Below, piece by piece: positions 10,201-20,100 of a stretch of DNA of 55,678 bases (positions within the stretch are counted from its first letter, which is position 1; every line of letters starts with the position of its first letter). This DNA is from a virus (lineage: Duplodnaviria; Caudoviricetes). A program made the translations under genes and the position numbers. The stretch covers positions 1-55,678 of IMG/VR virus record IMGVR_UViG_3300020451_000899. The stretch is one strand, 5' to 3'. The notes under the pieces were generated by a model, which ran no database searches, was not told the DNA's origin, and saw only the letters and a list, made by a program, of their open reading frames with translations.

Positions 10201-13200
10201 ATACTGATTATGCAGCGAAGGCGAGTAAGGCAATCGAAGAGGGCAATGTGGCTTCTGCTGAAAAAGCCGCTGCGGAGGATCATGGAGCTAAGGCTGTAAA
10301 TAATGTCGTCACTGGCATGACCGCTTTGGCAGCTGTCGTTCCCGTTATTGGTCCCCTCTTGGCTACTGTTGGTGGGGTAGCAATAAAAGTTGCTAGCGAG
10401 TTGCCTTACGTTGGTAAATTTGTTAAAGAGTTTGCTTCTGGTATAAATGTAATGTTTGGTGGCAAAACAATGTCCAGCGTTGTTGCTATGGCTGGTGCTG
10501 CCGCCGCTGTTGCTAAGGCTCACAAAAACTTGGAATCTGGCATCAAAAAAGCCGCTCAAGCTATGGAAGATTTTAAGGCTGGTAGAATTAGCGTAACCCA
10601 AATGGTTCAAAAGACTGTCTCACAAACTAAGAACATAGATGAATCTAGAGAGAAGACTAAGGAAGCAATAAAAGAAAATAATAAAAACAAATCTGGCATG
10701 GGTGACGGCTTCATGAGAGGTACTGCTAGGGTTTTAACTCTTGGTATAGCTGGCTACATGGGCTTGGAGTCAGGCGCACAAAGAAACAAAGGCATTGATG
10801 AAGAAAATAAAAAAGCGTCGTTGGCTCAAATGGATCTTGACGCTAAACAAGGAGACATGCGTAGAGGCGCTGCCATGTCTGCTGCCAGATCTTCTTTTGC
10901 AAGTGGTAAATCTATAAAAGAAACTGAAGCAGATCTAGAAGCTCAAGGTTTAGGTCCGGGCGCTCAGAGAGAACAATCGAAAGAATATCTTAAGTTAGCC
11001 AGAGATCTAGAGGACAGTGGTGATAAAGAAGGAGGTAAACAAGCTAGGGAAGCAGCTGCTGCTGCGGAACAAAGAGCGCTTGATCTTGAGAGAGGTCTTA
11101 AGAATTTAAAAGAAGAAGTTGAAAGAAACATAAAAGCATTTGCAGCAATGAATTTGGGCCTTAACAGTTCTGTTGGCTCTGCTAATTCTATGAGCCTAGC
11201 CATGTCTCAATTTATGCAAGCTCAAGAGTCTGGCACATCCACCCTGATGAACAGTTTCAACACTTTGGAGTCTAGCGCTACTAGTGCAGCAGTAGGACTA
11301 AGTTCTGGCGCATTTAAGTCGTCAATGAACGAAGTCACTGGTGTAATGAAAGAGTTTGGAGCTAGTGGAGACCAAATTGACAAATTCCGTGGCAATATGA
11401 CCGCTGTGTTCCAAGCTCAGAAAAATTCTGAAAAAGGGTTGAAGAAATTCCAAGAACGACTAAAGTCTGATCAAGAAGGTGGATTAGGCGGTATGAATCC
11501 ACAAGAAAAATTAAATTCTCTTGTAGATACAATTTTGCCAGCCGGTATGGACGAAGATGTAAAGAAAAGATTTAAAGAGCAACTTGCTGGAATGGATATT
11601 GATTACGATCAGATTGCAAAAGGTGATTTTAGCCAAATTGAGGGAGCTTTCCAAGGTGTTGCTGATGCTCAACTGCAACAAGTCAAAGCCATTATGGAGG
11701 CTGAGAATCAGTATAGACAGGCTGTTCTTGATATTACAAAGAAACGATACGCAGCTGAAGACGCACTTATCGGCGCAACTAAGAAGACAGCGGATTTAAG
11801 AGCTGAATCTGAGAAGATCATTGCTGATGCTGGTGGTCCAGCATTTACTCCTGATAGACAAAGAGAAATCTTAATGGAGAAAACCAATGCTGGCGCTGGT
11901 GCTGCTGGTGTTGACCCATTGACAGGCATGAGTGCTGCGGACATTAAAAAACAACAACAAGATCTACAAACTAGAACTAAACAAGTTGAAGGTGCAAAAC
12001 AGCGTAATATTATTGGAAGTTCTGCTAAGATTGTAAAGGGCGATGCTGATCCCGCCGCCAGAGGAGCCATGACTGATGAAGAACGAATGGCTACTGATAA
12101 AAGCTCTGCTGACGTAGCCAAGCAAAATATGGAACTGCTTAACACTACCAGATCTTTGATTGATATTAAAAAGGCAGAAATACAAATTATTCAAGCCAAG
12201 AATAAACTTGAATCAGATTCATTCAACGCTCTAATGTCTGGTGATATTGACAGCTTCTTCCAAGCGCAATCGACATCGGGTGCTATGGGCGCAATTGCCA
12301 GTGGTAATACTGGTGACTTCTCTGCTGATCAATTGCAATCTGCATATGAAGAATTAAAGAGACAAGCAGACGCTGGCGTAACAGAGTTTAATGGTCAACA
12401 ATTACAGGGTCCGGGCGGCTTGTTGGAGAAAGCTGCCACATCAACTTTGACAGCTCGTGGTATGGACCCCGGAGCAGCAGCTGCTATGGCGCAGAGAAAT
12501 GTTCTTGGTAGTCCAGAAGAACAGGCTGCTAATGCAGAAATTAGAGAGCTTGCGGCATTGCTTCCGGGCTTTGGTGAAACAGAACAATTAGCTGCTAGTA
12601 TGCAGATTCAGGCAGCAGAATTGCAGTTGATGGCAGCTGGTAAGATTAAAGAGAAAAAGCTGGAAGAAGCAGAAAACTCTAAGACCCTAGCTGCTGGAGG
12701 CGTAGTATACGCATCTCGGGGTAAACTTATTAATTTCCAACCTAGAGGTACAGATACTGTTCCAGCAATGTTGACTCCCGGAGAATTCGTTGTTAACAGG
12801 TCGGCTGTTAGAAGTGGCAATAATCTGAGCGTACTCAAGGCTATGAACAGTGGGGCGCGTGGAGCAGCCACAGCCACAATGTCTAAAGGTGGTACAGTAT
12901 ACGCACAGGGTGGTGGTCAAATTGCAGGAGCTGGAGGTGCAGGGATGGATAGCTCTACTATGACCAATTTTGTCACCGCTTTAGAAAACTTCAACAAGAC
13001 AATTATGGAAAGCATCAATGCTCTTCAGAATACTCAATTCACAGTCAAGCTGGAGCCAACGACTGTTAATATTAACCTTACTGGTGGTTCATTCCTGCAA
13101 TCTCTAACAAGCAACCTCAAAGATCAATTACTGCAAACAATCGGTGAAAAATTCAGAAGTCTTCGCGTTAACAGTGATGGTAAGGTAGTCGAATCACAGA

Positions 13201-13211
13201 GTGAAGTATAA
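7254..13211 (+). CDS. Tail tape measure protein
   Basis: 1985 aa Ala/Gly/Lys-rich helical protein; TP901-type core (TTRESAESISTGLRTIFTRI); three DTVPA(M/L)LTPGEFV modules. Confidence 0.92.
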   Translation: MSKFVLTAQLQLQAPNNTRQVVQQIQNQLKGVNVNVAVQGTAQANKQVQKLSGNLNAASKNAGKLGKNFAASVRRFSAMAIANRAVSLFTNTLSAAISESIKFERELVKIVQVTGKSTEQLQFLTDTVRNLATSLGVGSTSLLGVSRTLSQAGMSAKETQIALKTLARTELAPTFENITQTAEGAVAIFNQFRAGAAALEEQLGAVNAVAGKFAVEAGDIIAAVRRTGGVFKAAGGDLNELIALFTSVRSTTRESAESISTGLRTIFTRIQRPKTIEFMKQFGVELTDLEGKFVGPFEAVKRLSGALAGLEQGDVTFIKIAEELGGFRQIGKVIPLIQEFAVAQQALKVAQKGQDSLAKDAASAQAALAIRIAKVKEEFLELIDNVTKTPTFQLMASAALGLASALIKVADSLKVILPIITAIAAVKFTKGISGFLGGVAGAFSGKARGFNKGGFVPGSGNSDTVPAMLTPGEFVIRKKSAQAMGGEALGAINKYAKGGKILTRRQPVGMLVNSIGEGDPKDTEGSVTLKSIKSGTPAINKLKTKAASIGKPYKFKVKVAKSQFNKQDKFKTDAIDPVTASIEDAAGMLGIAPKGGLDKINTALGQMFEDFVNKQAGLDSPGSANFDLVDKEAALNGLTKEKIKKFTDIKLRDTDENANTLAKKAVNEGLFNAHAKREFNKIKNQRSKRVKKAAGGSITGAGSDTVPALLTPGEFVVNKESAKSIGYSNLSHMNKYADGGIVSQFKRSGVQGLSNGGLPMVPLGALQGQAYTHQQGQSRMAMSSQTAPSPVGKASKKTAEGLNALTGGLVGAQMALSMLTPAIDENSSGTMKATAFVMNSMNSLVGTITLVQMALAIFGKELTMDSVKKFFKNFDMGDVKDMLSGKGGKIKSAITKGATSKIQGAGKGLRNIGRNMSQGAKAMGGARGKAANLAGKGIRNVGRLFTKLGPSLGKLIGTVSGLVGPMTLAAGTVSMFNGFLDSYTDYAAKASKAIEEGNVASAEKAAAEDHGAKAVNNVVTGMTALAAVVPVIGPLLATVGGVAIKVASELPYVGKFVKEFASGINVMFGGKTMSSVVAMAGAAAAVAKAHKNLESGIKKAAQAMEDFKAGRISVTQMVQKTVSQTKNIDESREKTKEAIKENNKNKSGMGDGFMRGTARVLTLGIAGYMGLESGAQRNKGIDEENKKASLAQMDLDAKQGDMRRGAAMSAARSSFASGKSIKETEADLEAQGLGPGAQREQSKEYLKLARDLEDSGDKEGGKQAREAAAAAEQRALDLERGLKNLKEEVERNIKAFAAMNLGLNSSVGSANSMSLAMSQFMQAQESGTSTLMNSFNTLESSATSAAVGLSSGAFKSSMNEVTGVMKEFGASGDQIDKFRGNMTAVFQAQKNSEKGLKKFQERLKSDQEGGLGGMNPQEKLNSLVDTILPAGMDEDVKKRFKEQLAGMDIDYDQIAKGDFSQIEGAFQGVADAQLQQVKAIMEAENQYRQAVLDITKKRYAAEDALIGATKKTADLRAESEKIIADAGGPAFTPDRQREILMEKTNAGAGAAGVDPLTGMSAADIKKQQQDLQTRTKQVEGAKQRNIIGSSAKIVKGDADPAARGAMTDEERMATDKSSADVAKQNMELLNTTRSLIDIKKAEIQIIQAKNKLESDSFNALMSGDIDSFFQAQSTSGAMGAIASGNTGDFSADQLQSAYEELKRQADAGVTEFNGQQLQGPGGLLEKAATSTLTARGMDPGAAAAMAQRNVLGSPEEQAANAEIRELAALLPGFGETEQLAASMQIQAAELQLMAAGKIKEKKLEEAENSKTLAAGGVVYASRGKLINFQPRGTDTVPAMLTPGEFVVNRSAVRSGNNLSVLKAMNSGARGAATATMSKGGTVYAQGGGQIAGAGGAGMDSSTMTNFVTALENFNKTIMESINALQNTQFTVKLEPTTVNINLTGGSFLQSLTSNLKDQLLQTIGEKFRSLRVNSDGKVVESQSEV

Positions 13212-13212
13212 T

Positions 13213-16200
13213 ATGTCATCAAATGATTTCAATTGTGTATTCCAAACAAATTCTACAGCTAGGAACAGTTCTAAATCTAAAATTAGGACTGTCTCTCGCG
13301 TAGTATCTCATGTGCTTCAAAAGCTTGACACTAAGGTTCGTTTGAAGTCAACGCTATCTGCTAAAATAAAATCTTCCGTCAGAGTATCTTGCTCCCCTTC
13401 TATAAGAGCGACATTAAATACTAGTCAGGTCGCAGTATCTGCAAGGGTTCATAATGATTTTAAATTAAATTCTACTGCCACCAAATTACACTCTGCCAAG
13501 TCTCACATACATAACAACGCAAAAGTTGATGTCAAATTTACTGATAAAATTGGTGGTGATTTGACGCAGATAAATAAGTTTGATAATTTTCTTTCTACGC
13601 AGAGGCTTTATCCAACTGGTGACGTTACCAGCGTTCTGGGCAGTAACCCATTTATAAACGAAAGCCAACAATCTTCTAGTTTATTTTCTAGTATAGATGA
13701 AGGTATATTTACTGGTAATTATAATGAAAATTTTAATTCTAGCACTAGAATATCTGATGATATAAAAACATTTATACAACCTTCTGGTCTTGGCACTAGT
13801 GGTACTTTTAGATATAAGTGCGAAGTAACAAGCCCGTTGACTTCTCCCAAAGAAAACTTCTTGTTTATCAGAGCTTCTGCGCCTACATACAATTTTGCAT
13901 CCAACGCTCCTCCTGCGTATAAATTTCATAATATATTCTTTAATGATAGTAGTGGAAATCTGATTACCCAATATGAAGACATGACTATACGTGGAGATAG
14001 TGATTATAGAAAACAAGATAAAAACTTTTCTACATACATTTTTAGCCCAAAGATTAATAATGCCAAAAAAAGATCCACACATCCTGATTTCCCCACCTTC
14101 TTAAACGAAGACGGTTATTCATTATCATTTGACGTAGAGGTACAATGTAAAGACACATCTTTTAGTTCTGGATTTTCTTCTGGATATATCGTTGAAGACT
14201 GTAATCTTCCAGATGTGCTAGATCCTAGTGGCAATGATTATTTAGCTAGTGATGGATCTCCTCTTTCAACTCAGTCACAACATTTTCTTAACCCCACCTA
14301 CTCTATTCGTATAAGTGCTTTAGAGATTGTTTCTAGTGGTAACAAATTTGGTTTTAATTCTGATGATGATATTTCCTGCTTCGTGCAAACAGATCCTAGC
14401 GGATACAGAATCACACGAGAGATTAGACCTTCAGAAGTGCAGCTGTCATCATTTGATACAGGCATATACCCAACAGTAACTTCGACTTGGCAGTCTAACG
14501 ACAACGCTCATGATAACAGTACTAGTAGTGGTTGCAAAGAATTGTTAAAGATTATAAGACAAGAAAATACAGATAAATATTTAGATTTAGATAGCTCTAC
14601 AGTAGCGGACTCTGGTAAGTTAATTCTTAAATTTTCTCATGAGCCTCCAATTTCTCAAAATAGGAATGTTGCAGGGGCTTTTGACATCGGATATCTTAAC
14701 GCAGTAAAAGAATTCGATAGCTCTACTTTTGAAACTGTTCATTTTCAAGATTCAGTTTTTAAAGTTGACGAAGTATATCTTAAGATAGTAGCTAAGAAAG
14801 ACACTGGCAGTTCAGACTATACTTTAGATTTGGTGGGTTATAGCTTCGACCACCTTTTGCATAACACTCCAGCTGTCAATGGATTTTTGCAGAATGAGCC
14901 GGGAGGCACGGGTAGTATACCAACAATCACATCCACCACGGGCGTAGATTCTCTATCTGTATCAGCTGAGTCTTTATCAGACAAGGGTCAGATTATAGTC
15001 AGGCCAGCAACAGTCAGCGATGGTGGCGACCATTATTTGTTAGCCACTTCGCCAGTTGTAGACTCGACTACTTTTAAAGAATACATTGTTCCTTTACGTG
15101 TTTATAAACAATCTCAATTTGGTATTATTCCAGACTATGAGTTTAGTTCATTCTTTGAAAACTTATTTATAGATATATGTCCCTTGCCAGACAATGCATC
15201 TATCGCCTCTTTATCTCTGATAGTCACTCATAAGCCTTCTGACGCGATACATTTGCACACCATTGGTCACGATAACGGTATTGATCTTGGTTCTGTTAAT
15301 AGCAGCATGTTTGTCTCTGACAGAAAATCAGTAGATCAAGCAAACAATGCGGGAAGTGTGTTGTCCGACATAAATAATATACCACATGGATACGGTTCTC
15401 CAAACACTCTGAAGACAAACTATTCTAGACGTTGGAGAGGGGTAGACGGTTTGGTAACATCCGGGCCATACAATTCTAATGAGTTTAGTTTTTCTTTTGA
15501 CAATCCTGTTTTAGAAACTCCGTTCTTTGGTGGTTATTTCTCTTTTAACAATGATTCTGGCAGCAGTATTATATCTGACGATATGCCCTCTGGATTCACT
15601 GCTCTCCAAGGCACTTATAATGGTACTTATACAAAGACTCATAATGTTGGCTCTAGGTTCAAGTCTGCGTCTTTGTTTGGCTTAACAACTGGACATACTA
15701 CCATTGACTTTACCGCTATGTCTGGATATTCTAACCACGCATTATATGGTCAGATTGCAGACTCTTACGACAACGCCCTAAAAGTTTCTGGGTCTACTGG
15801 ATACATTTCATTCCCTGACTTTGACATTCATAATGGATTTATAATATTCTTTAGATTTAGCCCTGATGAAAACATGGATTTTAATTCATCTACCCTGTTT
15901 GCTAAAGATGATCAAATTTCAGTTGGCTTTGTAAATAATAAATTACGAGTTACTGTGACTGATAGCACCCTGACCACACAAACTATAGAAGACACTATAG
16001 ACTATGATGACTATTCATATCCTTTATCCATAATGGTTACATATATTGATAACGTACTTTCTTTATATGTAGATAATGAGCTAGACTCTCATAACTTCAC
16101 CAGACTGAGAGACTCTTTGACTTTGAGCGGTCTTCCCAATTTCTCCAACGCCTTGACATTTGGCTACAACCCCGGAGATAGTACTGGCTTTAGCGGCTAC

Positions 16201-17127
16201 ATTACAGATATAGCTATATCTGCTTCTTCTCTAAACACTGACTTTGGTTCAGCAAACCAGTTTGCAATAAATGCTAATTCCTTCTTCAATACTATACATA
16301 ATAAGTATTGGGCTGACGGTGAATCATATGTTAATGATACAGTTAAATTATATGATTATATTAATACTGATACTGCTTCTTGGACTTTAGGAGACTTCCA
16401 ATCGTGTCAATTTAGTTCAGACTTTTATATATTTACAGAAAAAGTTGGGACCAAATTTTTGACCCACTCAATTGAGAGTGATGGTACTTCATATGACAGC
16501 GCATGTGATCTGACATTACCTACCAACGTGGATACTAATACATCGTATCACACGCAGATAGAAAATGATTTTATTAGATTTAATTTGATAGACGTTCCAG
16601 ACTCATTCATGGACGAAGATGTCGTATATGCCCTCAGACCAAGAATACAAAAAACATTGCCGCGAGGATACAATTTTATGCAGGATTCTGTGTATGTAGA
16701 TACTATAATAGAGCATAAAATAGATAGCCAATTAACTTGGTCAGATGGTAGTGTTGGTGGAAAATTAATAGTAAGTTTATATACTCCTAATAAAGATAAT
16801 GAATTATTATCATTGACAAACCCCGGATTAATCAATAGATGCACTCATTACTTATCACCAGATATGTGTGTTCACAAAATTAGTAGTAAATTTAAATTTG
16901 CTGATTTAATAAATACTGGATCTGAAGATTGGTCAAAATACGATCAATCTTTAAATACTACTGAGTTTTACGAAAAATACTTTGCTGATGATGTTCAAAA
17001 AATGTTCTTGCAATATGATATAGTATATCCCTCTGGAACTGCTTATCATGCAACAGTAACTATTTTTGCAGCGACTGTGAAATTTACTAGACCGCTTCAT
17101 AAGGCGAGATCAATTTCTAATTTATAG
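13213..17127 (+). CDS. Large tail-tip protein with a LamG/concanavalin-A-like domain
   Basis: About 1300 aa, beta-rich; ALKVSGSTGYI...FIIFFRF....LSLYVD...LTFG......FSGYITDIAI matches the LamG pattern; basic N-terminal segment. Confidence 0.55.
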   Translation: MSSNDFNCVFQTNSTARNSSKSKIRTVSRVVSHVLQKLDTKVRLKSTLSAKIKSSVRVSCSPSIRATLNTSQVAVSARVHNDFKLNSTATKLHSAKSHIHNNAKVDVKFTDKIGGDLTQINKFDNFLSTQRLYPTGDVTSVLGSNPFINESQQSSSLFSSIDEGIFTGNYNENFNSSTRISDDIKTFIQPSGLGTSGTFRYKCEVTSPLTSPKENFLFIRASAPTYNFASNAPPAYKFHNIFFNDSSGNLITQYEDMTIRGDSDYRKQDKNFSTYIFSPKINNAKKRSTHPDFPTFLNEDGYSLSFDVEVQCKDTSFSSGFSSGYIVEDCNLPDVLDPSGNDYLASDGSPLSTQSQHFLNPTYSIRISALEIVSSGNKFGFNSDDDISCFVQTDPSGYRITREIRPSEVQLSSFDTGIYPTVTSTWQSNDNAHDNSTSSGCKELLKIIRQENTDKYLDLDSSTVADSGKLILKFSHEPPISQNRNVAGAFDIGYLNAVKEFDSSTFETVHFQDSVFKVDEVYLKIVAKKDTGSSDYTLDLVGYSFDHLLHNTPAVNGFLQNEPGGTGSIPTITSTTGVDSLSVSAESLSDKGQIIVRPATVSDGGDHYLLATSPVVDSTTFKEYIVPLRVYKQSQFGIIPDYEFSSFFENLFIDICPLPDNASIASLSLIVTHKPSDAIHLHTIGHDNGIDLGSVNSSMFVSDRKSVDQANNAGSVLSDINNIPHGYGSPNTLKTNYSRRWRGVDGLVTSGPYNSNEFSFSFDNPVLETPFFGGYFSFNNDSGSSIISDDMPSGFTALQGTYNGTYTKTHNVGSRFKSASLFGLTTGHTTIDFTAMSGYSNHALYGQIADSYDNALKVSGSTGYISFPDFDIHNGFIIFFRFSPDENMDFNSSTLFAKDDQISVGFVNNKLRVTVTDSTLTTQTIEDTIDYDDYSYPLSIMVTYIDNVLSLYVDNELDSHNFTRLRDSLTLSGLPNFSNALTFGYNPGDSTGFSGYITDIAISASSLNTDFGSANQFAINANSFFNTIHNKYWADGESYVNDTVKLYDYINTDTASWTLGDFQSCQFSSDFYIFTEKVGTKFLTHSIESDGTSYDSACDLTLPTNVDTNTSYHTQIENDFIRFNLIDVPDSFMDEDVVYALRPRIQKTLPRGYNFMQDSVYVDTIIEHKIDSQLTWSDGSVGGKLIVSLYTPNKDNELLSLTNPGLINRCTHYLSPDMCVHKISSKFKFADLINTGSEDWSKYDQSLNTTEFYEKYFADDVQKMFLQYDIVYPSGTAYHATVTIFAATVKFTRPLHKARSISNL

Positions 17128-17135
17128 GATTAAAC

Positions 17136-20100
17136 ATGGCTGGATTTCTTTTATTTTGTAGCGGTGAATTTAACGGTTTTGGTATATCACCGTTATACAC
17201 TGAGGGTAAACAATATGCCCACTCCAATCTTCCATTGTTTCATTCTGGTCAAGTTCCCCCTGATGACAGCATTAGCTTGTACGCTAGCGGCACTTTATAT
17301 CAAATTAATGTGTTGTCCATGCATACAATTTCTGCTACAGAGACAAATGACAATGTAAACTTGTACGCTAAGGCTGCATTGGTTCCTAATGATCCACCTA
17401 TGCCGCTATGGGTTGCAAACCAAGGAGTTGAAGAATTTGCTAGCATCAACATGCATCTTGAAAATGATGGGGTTATTAATAAAAAATCTGCTATGGCTTT
17501 AAACGTCTTATGTCTACCACAAATCGTAAATGCAACAATTCCTACAGCTCAAGAAAACTCACCATTATTTGTCAGAGGCGCAGTACAAAATACAACTATC
17601 TTTGAAGCATCTCCATTATTTTTACAGGTTGAGGACGCAACAGGTCAAGAGATAACGAATGAAAATTTGTCACTCTTCATGTCTCAGTCTCATGGTTTTA
17701 GATGGGATTCAGAAAATTCAGGATCTGAGATAGAGCCTGACGATAATATATTTGCTACTATTGAAAGTACAGATCCAATTCGTGGCGTAGAATTAATATG
17801 TCATGGAGGGTGTGCTGCCGGTACGTGCGATGAAGTCGTATTAGAATCACATGATACAAATTGGTTCACTGCTGACTGTGTTGATGGTGGTATATTTAGA
17901 GCAGAAAAAACTTATACTAATCCCAATGTCAACGCCTTTGGTTCTGATGTTCCTTACAGTGGGCATTTTTATGGAATACGAAAGTTTACTGGTCTTGATC
18001 CTTTTGGTCCATACAACATTACTATGACAGGATCTTCTGGATCTACAGCAAGAATTCCAGCCCCTAAACAGTTGGTATCTTGGGAATACGAGAAAGAAGG
18101 CACTAACGCTTTATTCTCTGGAATTAAATTTATAGGTGATCACCCACATGTTGCTGATGGTAGAAATGCAGGAGACAATTATGGCACTTCTATATCTGTT
18201 AACGCAGATCTACTTTGTGTAGGATCTCCAAACTATGATCTTGATTTTAATTCTGACACACTGTCAAATGCTGGTACAGTTTTTGTATACAGAAGAGGGG
18301 AAGAGCCAGCATCCTATACCAATCTAGCAGAGAACAAAGCCGATTGGTCTTTTGAAACTCAGCTTGTTTTACCATCTAGTATAAGGAACAATTATTTTAA
18401 ATCTACTTCAGTGCCACTAGCTGGCACGAGCGAGAATGTAGAAAAAAGACAGTGGTATCTTGGTCAAGAGGGTAGGAACTTTGGCAGCAGTTTAAGTTCG
18501 ACTGTCACATCTTCTGCTCTAGAAACAACTTTGGATGGTAAAGATAAAGAAATTATAGTTGTTGGCGCACCAAATGGCAACTTCACAGAAACGTTTACAC
18601 CTCCATCAATGATAGAGAATGAAGTTTTGATGATGGTGTTTACTGATGAGTTTAATCCGACTATAGGCAATTTAACATATAGAGATATTTTATCTAATAT
18701 AGAAAGCAAAAATTATTTATATAAATACTTTTCCCAACCTACTATAGACGTAAAGATAAAGATGATTGTCTTCAGGCCAATCTCTATAGAATTGCAAACA
18801 GACTTAGACTTTCCAGAGCCTAAGCCCACCTTTATATCTAAGAAGACTATTACTAGACATACTAATGACATTCCCGGAACGTCTCAACACACGACTGTGG
18901 ATGATCAAATTTTGCAAGAAATTAAAGATGCATTCTTTGAGCTGTATCCAGATGCTGCAAATCATGTACCTGCACTTTTAGGAGTCTACATTGATAATAG
19001 TAGGTCTTTAGGTGATACAGCAGTAAATCCAGCTGTATCTAGATTCGTAGACTTCTTTAAAGGTCATGCTAGTAGCGAAGGTTTGGTAGACTACAATGGC
19101 AGTCCTACCGATGGCGCTGTATTACAAACTACAACCAACGATGAAAATTGGATTACACAATCTAACGCCTTACTCGATTTTGCTTTGGATAGTGGAAGAC
19201 TGATTCAAGAAAATTATTTAAAGCTTCTGACAAACCCTTCTACCTTCGGAACATTCAACACAGCACTGCCAGACTTCAACGACCCTCCACCTAGTGGTGG
19301 TTCTGTTTATGTATTTGAAAAAGAAAGCGGTGTTTGGGATTTAATACAAGAAATCAAATCTCCAACCGAAGACAATACTACACATCCAGACTTCTTTGGT
19401 AAAGCTGTAGACATTAGTAAGAATGCAGAAGTCATTGGCATTGGATCTCCTTACATGGATAGCGCTGTAAATATATATGAATATGATTACAGCGAGAAGG
19501 ATAGAATGTATAGCAATGTTGAAGCTTGGGTCGCTTATCATATAGCGAAAGAAACTGAAGACAACTTTTACTTAGGTCAAAAAACTAAACTTGATGCTCA
19601 CAGGGTAGAATTAGATAATGATACCACATTGCCAGAAGACGATACAAAGAGAGAAGAACAAGTCAAATTAATTATAGGTAAAAGTCTATATATCCAACTT
19701 TCTGCTGATAGAAAATATGGCTATAGAACTGACACAGCGTTCTGGGGTAATGGAAAAACAATTCAAGAATACAAAAATATTTTTGATTATAAGTATAGCG
19801 ATATAGCATATGCTGGTACGTATCAGCAGCTAGTTACAAAGTTTGCTCCAACTTCTAGAATGGGCTATAGTATTGCCGTGAATGAAACGGGTAGCGCTTT
19901 CGCTGTTGGGTGTCCTACTGACAGTTTAGATGTTACCGATGACTCTAATTTGTATTACCATCCAGACAACTCTGGTCAAATATTGTGGCCTTCATATGTA
20001 AACGCCGGAGCTGTTCGCGCATTTGAATCACGAAAGTATTACCCTCATAACAAGGTGGTAGACTATGGTAAATTTGGTAATACTCATAATAAAACTTTGA

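Noticed and set aside
8345-12920. Antisense ORFs inside the tape measure (e.g. 8345..9169) and other short nested or antisense ORFs across the window
   Set aside because: Shadow frames of long real genes with no recognisable motifs.
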